Notes under the pieces: model-generated
Seen by the model: only the letters and a program-made list of their open reading frames with translations
Told to the model about the DNA's origin: nothing
Database searches by the model: none
Shown here: one piece after another, positions 26,596 to 35,430 of the stretch
How the letters are laid out: each line of letters begins with the position of its first letter
Numbering within the stretch: position 1 is the first letter of the stretch
DNA from: Dehalococcoidia bacterium
Lineage (GTDB): Bacteria; Chloroflexota; Dehalococcoidia; Lucifugimonadales; UBA3495
Assembly (NCBI GenBank): GCA_964291545.2
Contig: OZ219860.1
Location: 829,276 to 893,275 of the forward strand
Length of the DNA stretch: 64,000 nt
Direction: 5' to 3'
Translations under genes and position numbers: made by a program

Positions 26596-28575
26596 CTACT
26601 TGTCCAAGGTCACAGCCACCGCGAGGTGGTCCGAGGCCGAGCCTCCGGACAGGCTGAACTCCGTCGGGCGAAGGTCGAGGGAGACCCAGATGTAGTCGAT
26701 CCTCTCGCGGGGTTTTCCAGCTGGGAACGTGTATCCGGGGCCGTCGCGCCTGGGCGAGGCGGCGAAGGCGTCCACCAAGCCCGCTTCCTCCAGCAGTAGT
26801 ATCTCAGAGTCCGAGGGCCGCGCGTTCAGGTCTCCCATGAGCACGGTCCTGTTCTCGCCTCCCCAGGCATCCAGCAGGGCCATCACCTGCGGCCCCCTCA
26901 GGTGGCCCTCGTCCTCTACGTGATGCAGGTGGGTCGCCAGCACCGTCAAATGAGTCGAGTCATCCAGGGAGATTACCGCGGCAGCGTAGCCCCGGTCCAT
27001 CGGGATGTCGCCGTTGTTGGGCATGGGATGGACTGAGCTTTCCACTATAGGGTACTTGCTGAGAATGGCGTTGCCCCAAACCGAGTCGGCCGCCGGCGCC
27101 CAGACGTAGGGCATGTCCAACTCCCTGGACAGCCAAGGAAGCATATCGAAGGCACCGTTGATGACCCAGCCCCGGCTCACCTCCTGGAAAGCGACGATGC
27201 CTGGATTCTCGGCCTTTATGACGTCCGCCAGGTCCCGGATTGCCAGGTATCCGTCCTGGTCGAAGCCCTGGTGGATGTTGTAGGACATCACCCTGACGGG
27301 GAAGGCCGCCTGTTGGGATGCTTCCGGCTCGCTCCACGACATCCAGTACCCCACCGGAACCAGCAGCAAGACCAGTCCGGCCAGCGCAACCGGTAGCGCC
27401 GGCGTCGAGAGAGGCCTGTCTCCACGCAGGGCCGGCAGGGCCGCAACCGTGCATGCCATGAGCGCCGCCGCCGCAAACGGAGGTATGGCGGCGGCGCCTC
27501 CCGGGAGGTCCAGCCCGTAATTGGCGTAGTACCAAAAAGTCATCAACAGCAGTAGCAGCGCACTCAAGCTCGAGGCGACAACCGGGCCGCGCATCCTTGG
27601 ACCGGGGGCGGGCCCGGAGGTCCGGACAATTCCAAGTCCCCCGCTCATGGCGGCTCCCACGGTCGCGACCGCCATGGAGATGGCGACAGCGCCGAATAGC
27701 GCCGCGAGGGCCGCTTGGATGCCGGCCCGTTCCCCGACCACTATGAGAGTAAACAATACCGCCAGCGCCGGGACGGCTATTCGGCCGCCGGGTAGGGGCC
27801 GGGCCAGGACTGCGAAAGCGGCCAAGAGGCCCAAAGCGTTACCGAACATAATCCACAGGAACACGATGGGCTGGTCCCAGCCTGTCAGGGCCGTCTGCTG
27901 GCCTATGTTCTGGAACAGTAGAAGCTCCAAGAAGAGAACAGGGCCAAGGGCCGCCAGGGACACCAAGCCCGGCCCGCCTCCTTGGGTTTCTGCCCTCGGT
28001 GCAGAGTCCATGAGTACGCGGCGGGCCAGAACGGCGAATGCACCGGCCAGGAAGGCTGCCAGCAGGGCGGGCGCAACGCCCGGTTGCCACGAAGCTTCCA
28101 GCGTGGAGAATGCGCCTTTAATGGCGGTGTCCACCCCTATGCCCAGCAGGAGGCCCAAGGCGAAGGCCTGTCCTCCTGACGGAGACCGGTCGCGAAGCAC
28201 GGTGGAGTAGACTGGGACGAACCATAGGAACGCCAGTACGCCGACGGTGGTCAATGCCAGGTCGGCCACGGGCCAGGGCGCCAACTGCTCGGCCAGCCGG
28301 GCCGCGCCGAGACCGACGGCGGCCACCACCAGCGAAGTTCGCACTCCAAGATGCCTGACCAAGGGCAGGGCCAGGAAGGCGGCAAGAAACAGTACGAGGG
28401 CGTACACGCCGGGAACATAGGGACTGGCCCCTACGGACTCTCGAAGGTAGAAGACGAGATTGGCGAACAGGACCCGGAGTAGCCGCAGGCCGAAAACAAC
28501 GGCCAAGGCCATCAGGGCGGCATTCCGTAGGAATTGCCAGTCCAGCAGCCTGGGGTCGTCGGTCTCGGAGGTCAA
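26596..28575 (-). CDS. Polytopic membrane protein fused to a C-terminal endonuclease/exonuclease/phosphatase (EEP) domain
   Basis: About 430 aa of repeated hydrophobic helices, followed by the EEP motifs VMSYNIHQG, AFQEV, GDLNARP and SDHLAVAVTL. TTG start with GGAG upstream. Confidence 0.7.
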   Translation of the reverse strand: MTSETDDPRLLDWQFLRNAALMALAVVFGLRLLRVLFANLVFYLRESVGASPYVPGVYALVLFLAAFLALPLVRHLGVRTSLVVAAVGLGAARLAEQLAPWPVADLALTTVGVLAFLWFVPVYSTVLRDRSPSGGQAFALGLLLGIGVDTAIKGAFSTLEASWQPGVAPALLAAFLAGAFAVLARRVLMDSAPRAETQGGGPGLVSLAALGPVLFLELLLFQNIGQQTALTGWDQPIVFLWIMFGNALGLLAAFAVLARPLPGGRIAVPALAVLFTLIVVGERAGIQAALAALFGAVAISMAVATVGAAMSGGLGIVRTSGPAPGPRMRGPVVASSLSALLLLLMTFWYYANYGLDLPGGAAAIPPFAAAALMACTVAALPALRGDRPLSTPALPVALAGLVLLLVPVGYWMSWSEPEASQQAAFPVRVMSYNIHQGFDQDGYLAIRDLADVIKAENPGIVAFQEVSRGWVINGAFDMLPWLSRELDMPYVWAPAADSVWGNAILSKYPIVESSVHPMPNNGDIPMDRGYAAAVISLDDSTHLTVLATHLHHVEDEGHLRGPQVMALLDAWGGENRTVLMGDLNARPSDSEILLLEEAGLVDAFAASPRRDGPGYTFPAGKPRERIDYIWVSLDLRPTEFSLSGGSASDHLAVAVTLDK

Positions 28576-28847
28576 AGTCGCTCCATAATCAGCCCGCGGG
28601 CCGGGGTGGGCACAACGAAAGCAATTCTAGCATCGGGCCCAGTCGGCGAGAGACTGAGAGGCCGGACACGCGCCTGGCGGACGCGATAGCAGCACTGAAA
28701 GGTTGATGATCGGCGCGAATCGGCCTGGCACTACGGAAGCGTCATAATCCCCTACGGAGCCGCCTGGTCCACCAAGGCCGACTCATAGTGGTTTGGGTGC
28801 AGCGCAGATGCCAATAACCGGTGACCGTGTCCCCGCGCAGAAGTTTG

Positions 28848-28876
28848 AGATTCCTCGCTGCGCTTCGGAATGACAG
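28848..28876. repeat. Family B repeat (inverted orientation)
   Basis: AGATTCCTCGCTGCGCTTCGGAATGACAG. Confidence 0.8.
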
Positions 28877-29184
28877 TCTGGCCTACTGGCAAATCGTACC
28901 TATCCTCAATGCAGTCCGAGCGGCCCGAATGCAAAGGGTTGGTGATATAATTTTCGCTGCTGCATTTTGGGGCCGTACCAGAGGCTCTGGGGAGATCTAG
29001 TTGCACCCAACGGCCTGCGCGGTTGGCTGGCAAAGACCTCGAGAGTTTGCGGGAACGTGCATCCCAAAACGATGTTCAAAAGGTTTGGGATGCCCACGCG
29101 GTGCGTGCCGAGCCGGGGAAGGCCGCTATCCCGTGTCTCGACCCGCAACTCGCCCACTACGTAATGTCTCAGGAGGCTAGATAG

Positions 29185-29481
29185 ATGGGCATGCAAAACC
29201 CGCCCCATCCTGGGAAGATCGTTAGGAGCGAGTGCCTCGAACCGCTGGGATTGACGGTAACGCGTGCGGCGCAAGGGTTGGGAGTAACTCGTCAGGCGCT
29301 GTCGGAGTTGGTCAATGAGAAAGCCGGCGTGTCGGTGGAGATGTCGATTCGCTTGTCCAAGGCGTTCGGTTCCACACCGGAGACGTGGCTAGGGATGCAA
29401 GCCGCCTATGACCTGTGGCAAGCCCGACAACGAGCCAAGGATATCGACGTTGAAATTTTCACAACAGCCCGCCAGTCGTAG
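29185..29481 (+). CDS. higA: HigA family antitoxin / XRE-type HTH protein
   Basis: [72 protein letters not shown] is a canonical HigA sequence. AGGAGG RBS. Confidence 0.8.
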   Translation: MGMQNPPHPGKIVRSECLEPLGLTVTRAAQGLGVTRQALSELVNEKAGVSVEMSIRLSKAFGSTPETWLGMQAAYDLWQARQRAKDIDVEIFTTARQS

Positions 29482-29531
29482 CGAGCGATGCTATCGGATG
29501 GCCAAGACTAAAACAGGGAGCTTGGAGCAAG

Positions 29532-30932
29532 ATGCCGCCTAAGACAATGTTCGAAAAGATCTGGGACGCCCACGTGGTGCACGCCGAGCCTGGCGAAGCC
29601 GCCATCCTGTATGTGGACCTGCACCTGGTCCACGAGGTGACGTCGGCCCAGGCATTCGACGGCCTCAGAATGGCGGGCCGAAAGGTACGGCGCACCGATC
29701 TCACGGTGGCCACCGCCGACCACAACACCCCCACCTGGGACTTGTCCCTTCCGGTGACTGACGAGATTTCCCAGAAGCAGCTGGACGCCCTGTCAAGAAA
29801 CTGCGAGGAGTTCGGCGTCACCCTGTACGACCGGTTCAGCCCCATGCAGGGCATCGTGCACATCATTGGCCCCGACCTGGGCTATACCCAGCCGGGAAAG
29901 ACCGTGGTGTGCGGCGACAGCCATACCTCCACCCACGGCGCCATGGGAGCCTATGCCGTGGGCATCGGGACGTCAGAGGTGGAGCACGTGCTGGCCACCC
30001 AGACGTTGCGCCAGTTCAAGCCCAAGGCCATGGAGGTGCGGGTCAACGGCACGCTGCCGCCGGGCGTAACCGCCAAGGACCTGATCCTGGGGATTATCGG
30101 CCGGATTGGCGTAAACGGCGGCGTGGGCCACGTCATCGAATACACCGGCGAGGCGGTCCGCTCCCTGTCCATGGAAGGGCGGATGACGGTGTGCAACATG
30201 AGCATCGAGGCCGGGGCCAGGGCAGGAATGATCGCCCCCGACGAGACTACTTTCGACTACCTGCGGGGGCGACAGTTCGCTCCCCGGGGCAAGGCGTTCG
30301 ACGAGGCCGTGGAGCAGTGGCGGGCATTGCCCACCGACGCGGGCGCTACCTACGACCGGGTAGAGGAGATCGACGCGGCAAGCCTCGAGCCATTTGTCAC
30401 CTGGGGAATCAATCCGGGGATGGTAGTGCCGGTTACGGGCCGGGTGCCCGACCCCGCATCGATGAGCGACCCCAACGAGCGAGAGGTAGCGGAGCGGGCC
30501 CTGACTTACATGGGCCTGGAACCCGACACCCCGATGACCGACGTGAAGATAGACCGGGTGTTTATCGGCGCCTGCACCAACGCCAGGCTGGAAGACTTGC
30601 GGGCTGCGGCCCAGGTGGTCCAGGGACGGCGAGTCCATAGCGACGTTTACGCCATGGTAGTGCCAGGTTCGGCCCTGATCAAGAAGCAGGCCGAAGAAGA
30701 GGGGCTGGACCGGATATTCACCGACGCCGGGTTCGACTGGCGGGTGGCGGGATGCTCCATGTGCCTGGGGATGAACCCGGACATCCTGGAGCCGGGGCAG
30801 CGATGCGCTGCGACGTCCAACCGCAACTTCGAGAACCGCCAGGGCAAGGGTGGGCGCACCCACCTGGTGAGTCCGGCCATGGCGGCCGCGGCGGGTGTGG
30901 CCGGGCATTTTGTGGACATTAGGGACTGGTGA
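29532..30932 (+). CDS. leuC: 3-isopropylmalate dehydratase large subunit
   Basis: 466 aa. Aconitase-family motifs with the Fe-S cysteines ([24 protein letters not shown]). Confidence 0.95.
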   Translation: MPPKTMFEKIWDAHVVHAEPGEAAILYVDLHLVHEVTSAQAFDGLRMAGRKVRRTDLTVATADHNTPTWDLSLPVTDEISQKQLDALSRNCEEFGVTLYDRFSPMQGIVHIIGPDLGYTQPGKTVVCGDSHTSTHGAMGAYAVGIGTSEVEHVLATQTLRQFKPKAMEVRVNGTLPPGVTAKDLILGIIGRIGVNGGVGHVIEYTGEAVRSLSMEGRMTVCNMSIEAGARAGMIAPDETTFDYLRGRQFAPRGKAFDEAVEQWRALPTDAGATYDRVEEIDAASLEPFVTWGINPGMVVPVTGRVPDPASMSDPNEREVAERALTYMGLEPDTPMTDVKIDRVFIGACTNARLEDLRAAAQVVQGRRVHSDVYAMVVPGSALIKKQAEEEGLDRIFTDAGFDWRVAGCSMCLGMNPDILEPGQRCAATSNRNFENRQGKGGRTHLVSPAMAAAAGVAGHFVDIRDW

Positions 30933-30969
30933 GGCTCTCCAGCCATACGGAAACCCGTTGCGTCCGGTT

Positions 30970-31012
30970 CCACTCCGTTCACCCTTCGAGAGCCTCAGGG
31001 CGAACGGAGTGG
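30970..31012. repeat. Family A-type hairpin inside the leuC-leuD spacer
   Basis: CCACTCCGTTC-(ACCCTTCGAGAGCCTCAGGGC)-GAACGGAGTGG forms an 11-bp perfect stem. A second short CCGTTC..GAACGG hairpin lies at 31028-31048. Confidence 0.85.
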
Positions 31013-31129
31013 AGCCTGGTTGGCAGGCCGTTCGTTGAGCAAGAACGGATTTGGAGCTTTGGCGGTGAGCACATCACTGAGCAAGCTGACAAGCCGGCAA
31101 GCCGGACTTAACCTGTAGGTGAAAGAACA

Positions 31130-31723
31130 ATGGAACCTTTTGTAACGATAAACGGCCTGGTTGCGCCGTTGGACCGGGTAAACGTGGACACCGACCAGAT
31201 TATTCCTGCCGTGTACCTGAAGAGCATCCAGCGGACGGGGTTCGGGGAACACCTCTTTTCTCCCTGGCGTTACCACGCCGACGGGAGCCCCAACCCCGAC
31301 TTCGTGCTGAACAATCCGGCCTACCGGTCGGCGACGGTGCTGGCGACAGGGCGCAACTTCGGCTGCGGTTCGTCCCGGGAGCACGCGCCCTGGGCCCTGG
31401 GAGAATACGGCTTCCGGTGCATCATCGCTCCCAGCTTTGCCGACATCTTCTATAACAACTGCTTCCAGAACGGACTGCTGCCGGTGCGCCTGCCGGAGGA
31501 GGACGTGCGGCGGATCATCGACATGGCTATTGCCAAGCCTGGGATGAGCCTGAACGTGGACCTGGAGAGCCAACGGGTGTGGACCGACGATGGGGAGGTG
31601 TCGGTGTCATTTGAGATAGACGCCGCCCGCCGCCACGCGTTGCTGAATGGCCTAGACGACATCGGGTTGACGTTGCAGCACGAGGACAAGATTGCCGCTT
31701 ACGAGCGGGGGCGGGGGATTTAG
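31130..31723 (+). CDS. leuD: 3-isopropylmalate dehydratase small subunit
   Basis: 197 aa. Swivel-domain motifs [17 protein letters not shown] and [13 protein letters not shown]. Confidence 0.95.
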   Translation: MEPFVTINGLVAPLDRVNVDTDQIIPAVYLKSIQRTGFGEHLFSPWRYHADGSPNPDFVLNNPAYRSATVLATGRNFGCGSSREHAPWALGEYGFRCIIAPSFADIFYNNCFQNGLLPVRLPEEDVRRIIDMAIAKPGMSLNVDLESQRVWTDDGEVSVSFEIDAARRHALLNGLDDIGLTLQHEDKIAAYERGRGI

Positions 31724-31788
31724 GGACGTAGGCCGCCAGGCCGACGAGTGTTGCCGTTTGCATCTAGGGTTTCAGTAAGTGGAGACCA

Positions 31789-32778
31789 GTGACGACTAAC
31801 AACATGGGCACTGCTGGATGGCCAGAGGGAGTACCCCACTGGGGCATAAAGGCGTTGATGGCTCACAAGCTAAGAGTCGCCTTGAAACCCAAGCCACCGA
31901 GGCGGTACGCGACCATTCTGCCATCAGAATTTAGGAACTTGTCCCTTAGCGATGAAATGCCATACAACCTCAAGACGTCACTTGAGCGGGTGATGGAGCG
32001 TCTTGACTCCCATCCACCGTACTCGTTCGTATTCTATGACGAACCTGCCCATAACGGATGCGACGGCGGCTGGATGTTGGTGGACATCCTGAGCGGGTGC
32101 TTAGGTGGACAAGTGCTTGAGGAGTCTGCCTACGCAGGGTTTATTCCTGATATTGCCGTCTACCCGCCGAACGCCTCGGACCCTTCTTGTGTGATCGAGG
32201 TCGTGGATACTTCCCCTCCAAGCGTGCAGAAGCTGAAGGAGCTGAAACGCCGCGGCGTAGAGGTGTATCAACTTAACGCCAGCAAAGAGAATCCTCAAGT
32301 CATTTTGGAAGAACCTGTCATTGTAGACCCACTAGTGACACAGCGATGCGGCCAGTCGTTGCGCCATGAGGTCTGGAACATAGCCCGCTTTTGGCAACAG
32401 GCGACTGAGCCGTTTGTCGGTATTCGCTTCTTCCCAAGTGGAACCCAAGAATATCTCTACGGGGAACGGGCCGATGACACCCATAACTCATGGAACATCG
32501 GCAAACCAGAAGTACGGGGCTTAGCTCGGTGGGAAGTCGCTTGGCCCAGCGTGCAGCACGTCACTCCCGTAGGGCGCCCTCGTACCATCAGCCGGGAACT
32601 CTTCATGGCGTATCTCATGTGGCTGAAGACTTGGATGATTCAAGCAGCCCATCATCGAGAGGCCCGTCTGGAAGATAGCCCTGCGGGTCATATCCGTCTA
32701 TCTCAGGTTGAAAGCATCACGATCAAGCACATTGAAGACCTGATGCACATGGTGAGGTTCCCAGAGGTAAAGCCCTAA
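31789..32778 (+). CDS. Hypothetical protein (329 aa), lower GC than its neighbours, with a possible PD-(D/E)xK-like nuclease core
   Basis: Long clean ORF with GGAG upstream of the GTG. Sampled 60-nt lines have 42-63% GC, against about 60-65% in the flanking genes. The segment GFIPDIAVY-(13 aa)-VIEVVDTSPPSVQKLKELKRRGVEVYQL resembles the D...E.. core of CoiA/restriction-endonuclease-like folds. That is a weak, memory-based match. Confidence 0.5.
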   Translation: MTTNNMGTAGWPEGVPHWGIKALMAHKLRVALKPKPPRRYATILPSEFRNLSLSDEMPYNLKTSLERVMERLDSHPPYSFVFYDEPAHNGCDGGWMLVDILSGCLGGQVLEESAYAGFIPDIAVYPPNASDPSCVIEVVDTSPPSVQKLKELKRRGVEVYQLNASKENPQVILEEPVIVDPLVTQRCGQSLRHEVWNIARFWQQATEPFVGIRFFPSGTQEYLYGERADDTHNSWNIGKPEVRGLARWEVAWPSVQHVTPVGRPRTISRELFMAYLMWLKTWMIQAAHHREARLEDSPAGHIRLSQVESITIKHIEDLMHMVRFPEVKP

Positions 32779-32803
32779 CGTCAAACGGAGCAATACCAGG
32801 CCG

Positions 32804-34156
32804 TTATTCAATGCCGAAGTGGCGCGCTATTTGTTCCTGGAAATCCACGTCGAAACGCTGGACTCTTCCCTGGCGCACCTGTTCGTCCAAGGGAGGCTGG
32901 ATAGGCGGTTGGGAGGGCGTCGTCGGGGCGTAGCCGATGATGCCCTGTTCTTCCAGGGCCGCCAGTTCGTCGTCGGTGCGGCACAGCAGTTCGCCCAGGA
33001 TCAGCCGGTTGTGCTCTCCCATTGTCGGGGCAGCCTTGTTCGGGACATTAGGGGTAGCAGAGAACTTCCAGGGCTGGCCGGCGTAGGGCAACGGGGGCAT
33101 CTCGGTGCTGGAGTCGTGCTCGACCACCTGGTAGAACTTGCGGTCTTTCAGGTGCTCGTTGAACAACACGTTCTTGGTGTCCAGCACAGCCCCGGCGGCA
33201 ACGCCCTCTGCCTGCAGCAGGTGCATCAACCGGTGTGACTCCCAGCCCTTTGTAGCTTCACCCACCAACCGGTTCAACTCGTCCTGGTTCTCCAACCGAC
33301 CGGCCATGGAAGCGAACCGCCCGTCCTGCAGCCATTCCTCCCGGCCCAGGACCCGGCATAGCGCCTGCCACTGCTGGTCGTCTTGTGCGGCGATGGTGAT
33401 CCACCGGTCGGCGCCGCGGCAGGGATAGCAGCCGTGGGGGGCCATCGACGGATGGCCGTTGCCGACGCGGGGCATGATGCGGCCGTTGACGGCATAGTCC
33501 ATCAGGGCCTCGGGGACGGTGGAACTGGTGGCCTGGGCCTGGGACACGTCGATGAACTGGCCCCGGCCGGTGCGCATGCGGTGCATCAGGGCGGCCATAA
33601 TGGCGAAGACGGTAATCTCCCCGCCGGTGTAGTCGGCGTAGGGTATTTCCGGCTGCACCGGAGGCCCATCCTTGTAGCCGGTCATAAAGGCCAGGCCTGA
33701 AGCGCCCTCGGTGCTGGGCCCGGTGGCCCCGAAGTTGGCCCACGGGCCGGTGAAGCCGTAGCCGGTGGAAGAGACCATGATGATGTCCGGCCTGATCTGG
33801 CGCAGGTCTTCGTATTCCAACTGGAAGTTCTTGATGACCCGGGGGGTGAAATTCTCGGCGAACACGTCGCTGACAGCCACCAGGTCCCGCAGGACGGCAC
33901 GGCCTGCTTCATCCGCCAGGTTCAGGGTGATGCCCAGCTTGTTGCGGTTGTGTTCGTAGAAGAGGCCGCCCCGGTTCCAATACTCGCCGTCCACCTTGTC
34001 CCGGTACAACGTCGACCGGCGGTAGACCTCGAGACGCTGGCAGGACTCCAGGCGTATGACCTGGGCCCCCATGTCGGCAAGCATCTTTATGGACCAGGGA
34101 ATCGCTATAAGCTGGCCCATCTCCAGGATTCTGACGCCCTCCAGCGGTCCAGGCAT
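32804..34156 (-). CDS. Family III CoA-transferase (CaiB/BaiF family)
   Basis: The N-terminus GPLEGVRILEMGQLIAIPW and the overall CaiB-like layout. 450 aa. Confidence 0.85.
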   Translation of the reverse strand: MPGPLEGVRILEMGQLIAIPWSIKMLADMGAQVIRLESCQRLEVYRRSTLYRDKVDGEYWNRGGLFYEHNRNKLGITLNLADEAGRAVLRDLVAVSDVFAENFTPRVIKNFQLEYEDLRQIRPDIIMVSSTGYGFTGPWANFGATGPSTEGASGLAFMTGYKDGPPVQPEIPYADYTGGEITVFAIMAALMHRMRTGRGQFIDVSQAQATSSTVPEALMDYAVNGRIMPRVGNGHPSMAPHGCYPCRGADRWITIAAQDDQQWQALCRVLGREEWLQDGRFASMAGRLENQDELNRLVGEATKGWESHRLMHLLQAEGVAAGAVLDTKNVLFNEHLKDRKFYQVVEHDSSTEMPPLPYAGQPWKFSATPNVPNKAAPTMGEHNRLILGELLCRTDDELAALEEQGIIGYAPTTPSQPPIQPPLDEQVRQGRVQRFDVDFQEQIARHFGIE

Positions 34157-34158
34157 GG

Positions 34159-35370
34159 CTAGATGACCTCCGCGGCCCGCATTTGGGCCAGGTCTTCACC
34201 GGAGTGCCCCAGCCGCTGCCCCAGCACGTCTTCATTGTGCTGTCCCAAGGTCGGGGCCGGACGCCGGGCCTGCCACGGAGGCCCGCTGGTCAGGTAGGGC
34301 GGTCCGGGGTACTTGAGCTTGCCGGCCACCGGATGGTCGATGTCGACGAAGTAGCCGCGGGACTCGAGTTGTTCGTCGGCCAGGACCTCTTCAGGCGATT
34401 GGATCATGCCAAAGATAAAGCGCTTCTTCTGCGCGGCGTAAAACATTTCAGATTTTTTCTTGGTGAGAAATATGCGGTCGAGAATCTGCCCAAGTTCCTC
34501 GGTGTTAACCAGGCGGGCCGTCGGAGTGTTGAACTTGTCGTCGTCCAGTTCGGGGGCGCCGAAGAATTCGACTACGTCCGGCCAGTTCAGGTTGGGGGCG
34601 AGGCTGGGCGTGGGCAAGAGATAGCCGTCGGACACCTTCCTCATCCGCCTCAGGTCGCCGCTGGCCTCGGGGGCGCGGTGGCGCACCGCCCCGGTGTAGG
34701 TGTAGATGTCCACGGCGTCACGCAAGCCGGAGGCGACGCATTCCTGCACGGATACGTCCACGTGCTGGCCTTGCCCGGTGCGCCGCTGATGATACAGGGC
34801 CATCAAGGCGCCGCCGGCCGCGTTGGTGCCGGCGCGGAACTGGGCCTGGTGCAAGGCGTGGAACAACGGCTCCCTCTTGTTTTCGCCGAAGATGTACATC
34901 AGGCCGCCCAGGGCGTACTCGACGATGTCGGTGGCCTTGTAGTCCCGGTAGGGGCCGGTCTGGCCGAAGTTGGAAATGGACACCTGGACCAGCGACGGGT
35001 TCAATTCCTTGAGGGACTGGTAGTCCAGCCCCAGGGAAGGCATGACCCGGGGTGAAAAATTCTCCACCAGGATGTCGGACTGCCTGGCCAGCTCCCTGAC
35101 CATCTCCCGGCCGCGGTCGGACTTGAGGTTCAGGGTGACCCCCATCTTGCTGGTGTTGAGGTACAGGAAGAGCAGGCTGCTGTCCTGGCCGGGCTGGTCG
35201 TGAATCAATGGGGGCATGGCGCGGGCCGGGTCACCCTCGGGCCGTTCGACTTTCACAACTTCCGCGCCGAAGTCGGCGAGCAATTTGGTGCAGTAAGGGC
35301 CGGAAATGTGGTGGGTGAGGTCGAGGACCTTCACCCCTTCTAAAGCTCCGTGAGGGGCTCCGTTAGTCAA
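34159..35370 (-). CDS. Family III CoA-transferase (CaiB/BaiF family)
   Basis: The motifs GALEGVKVLDLTHHISGPYCTKLLADFGAEVVKVERP are canonical. 403 aa. Its stop lies 2 nt before the next gene start. Confidence 0.87.
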   Translation of the reverse strand: MTNGAPHGALEGVKVLDLTHHISGPYCTKLLADFGAEVVKVERPEGDPARAMPPLIHDQPGQDSSLLFLYLNTSKMGVTLNLKSDRGREMVRELARQSDILVENFSPRVMPSLGLDYQSLKELNPSLVQVSISNFGQTGPYRDYKATDIVEYALGGLMYIFGENKREPLFHALHQAQFRAGTNAAGGALMALYHQRRTGQGQHVDVSVQECVASGLRDAVDIYTYTGAVRHRAPEASGDLRRMRKVSDGYLLPTPSLAPNLNWPDVVEFFGAPELDDDKFNTPTARLVNTEELGQILDRIFLTKKKSEMFYAAQKKRFIFGMIQSPEEVLADEQLESRGYFVDIDHPVAGKLKYPGPPYLTSGPPWQARRPAPTLGQHNEDVLGQRLGHSGEDLAQMRAAEVI

Positions 35371-35430
35371 TGCTGACGTCTCCAGATATAAGGTCTAGTG
35401 CACCGGGACCCTGGCTGCGCGGCGATAGCT

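Noticed and set aside
28877-29184. HigB-type toxin gene expected upstream of higA
   Set aside because: All three forward frames contain stops or give non-HigB-like peptides, and no ORF of 60 aa or more has the L.G.R.G..S.R.N..WR..F pattern. I treat it as absent or decayed, pending an HMM search.
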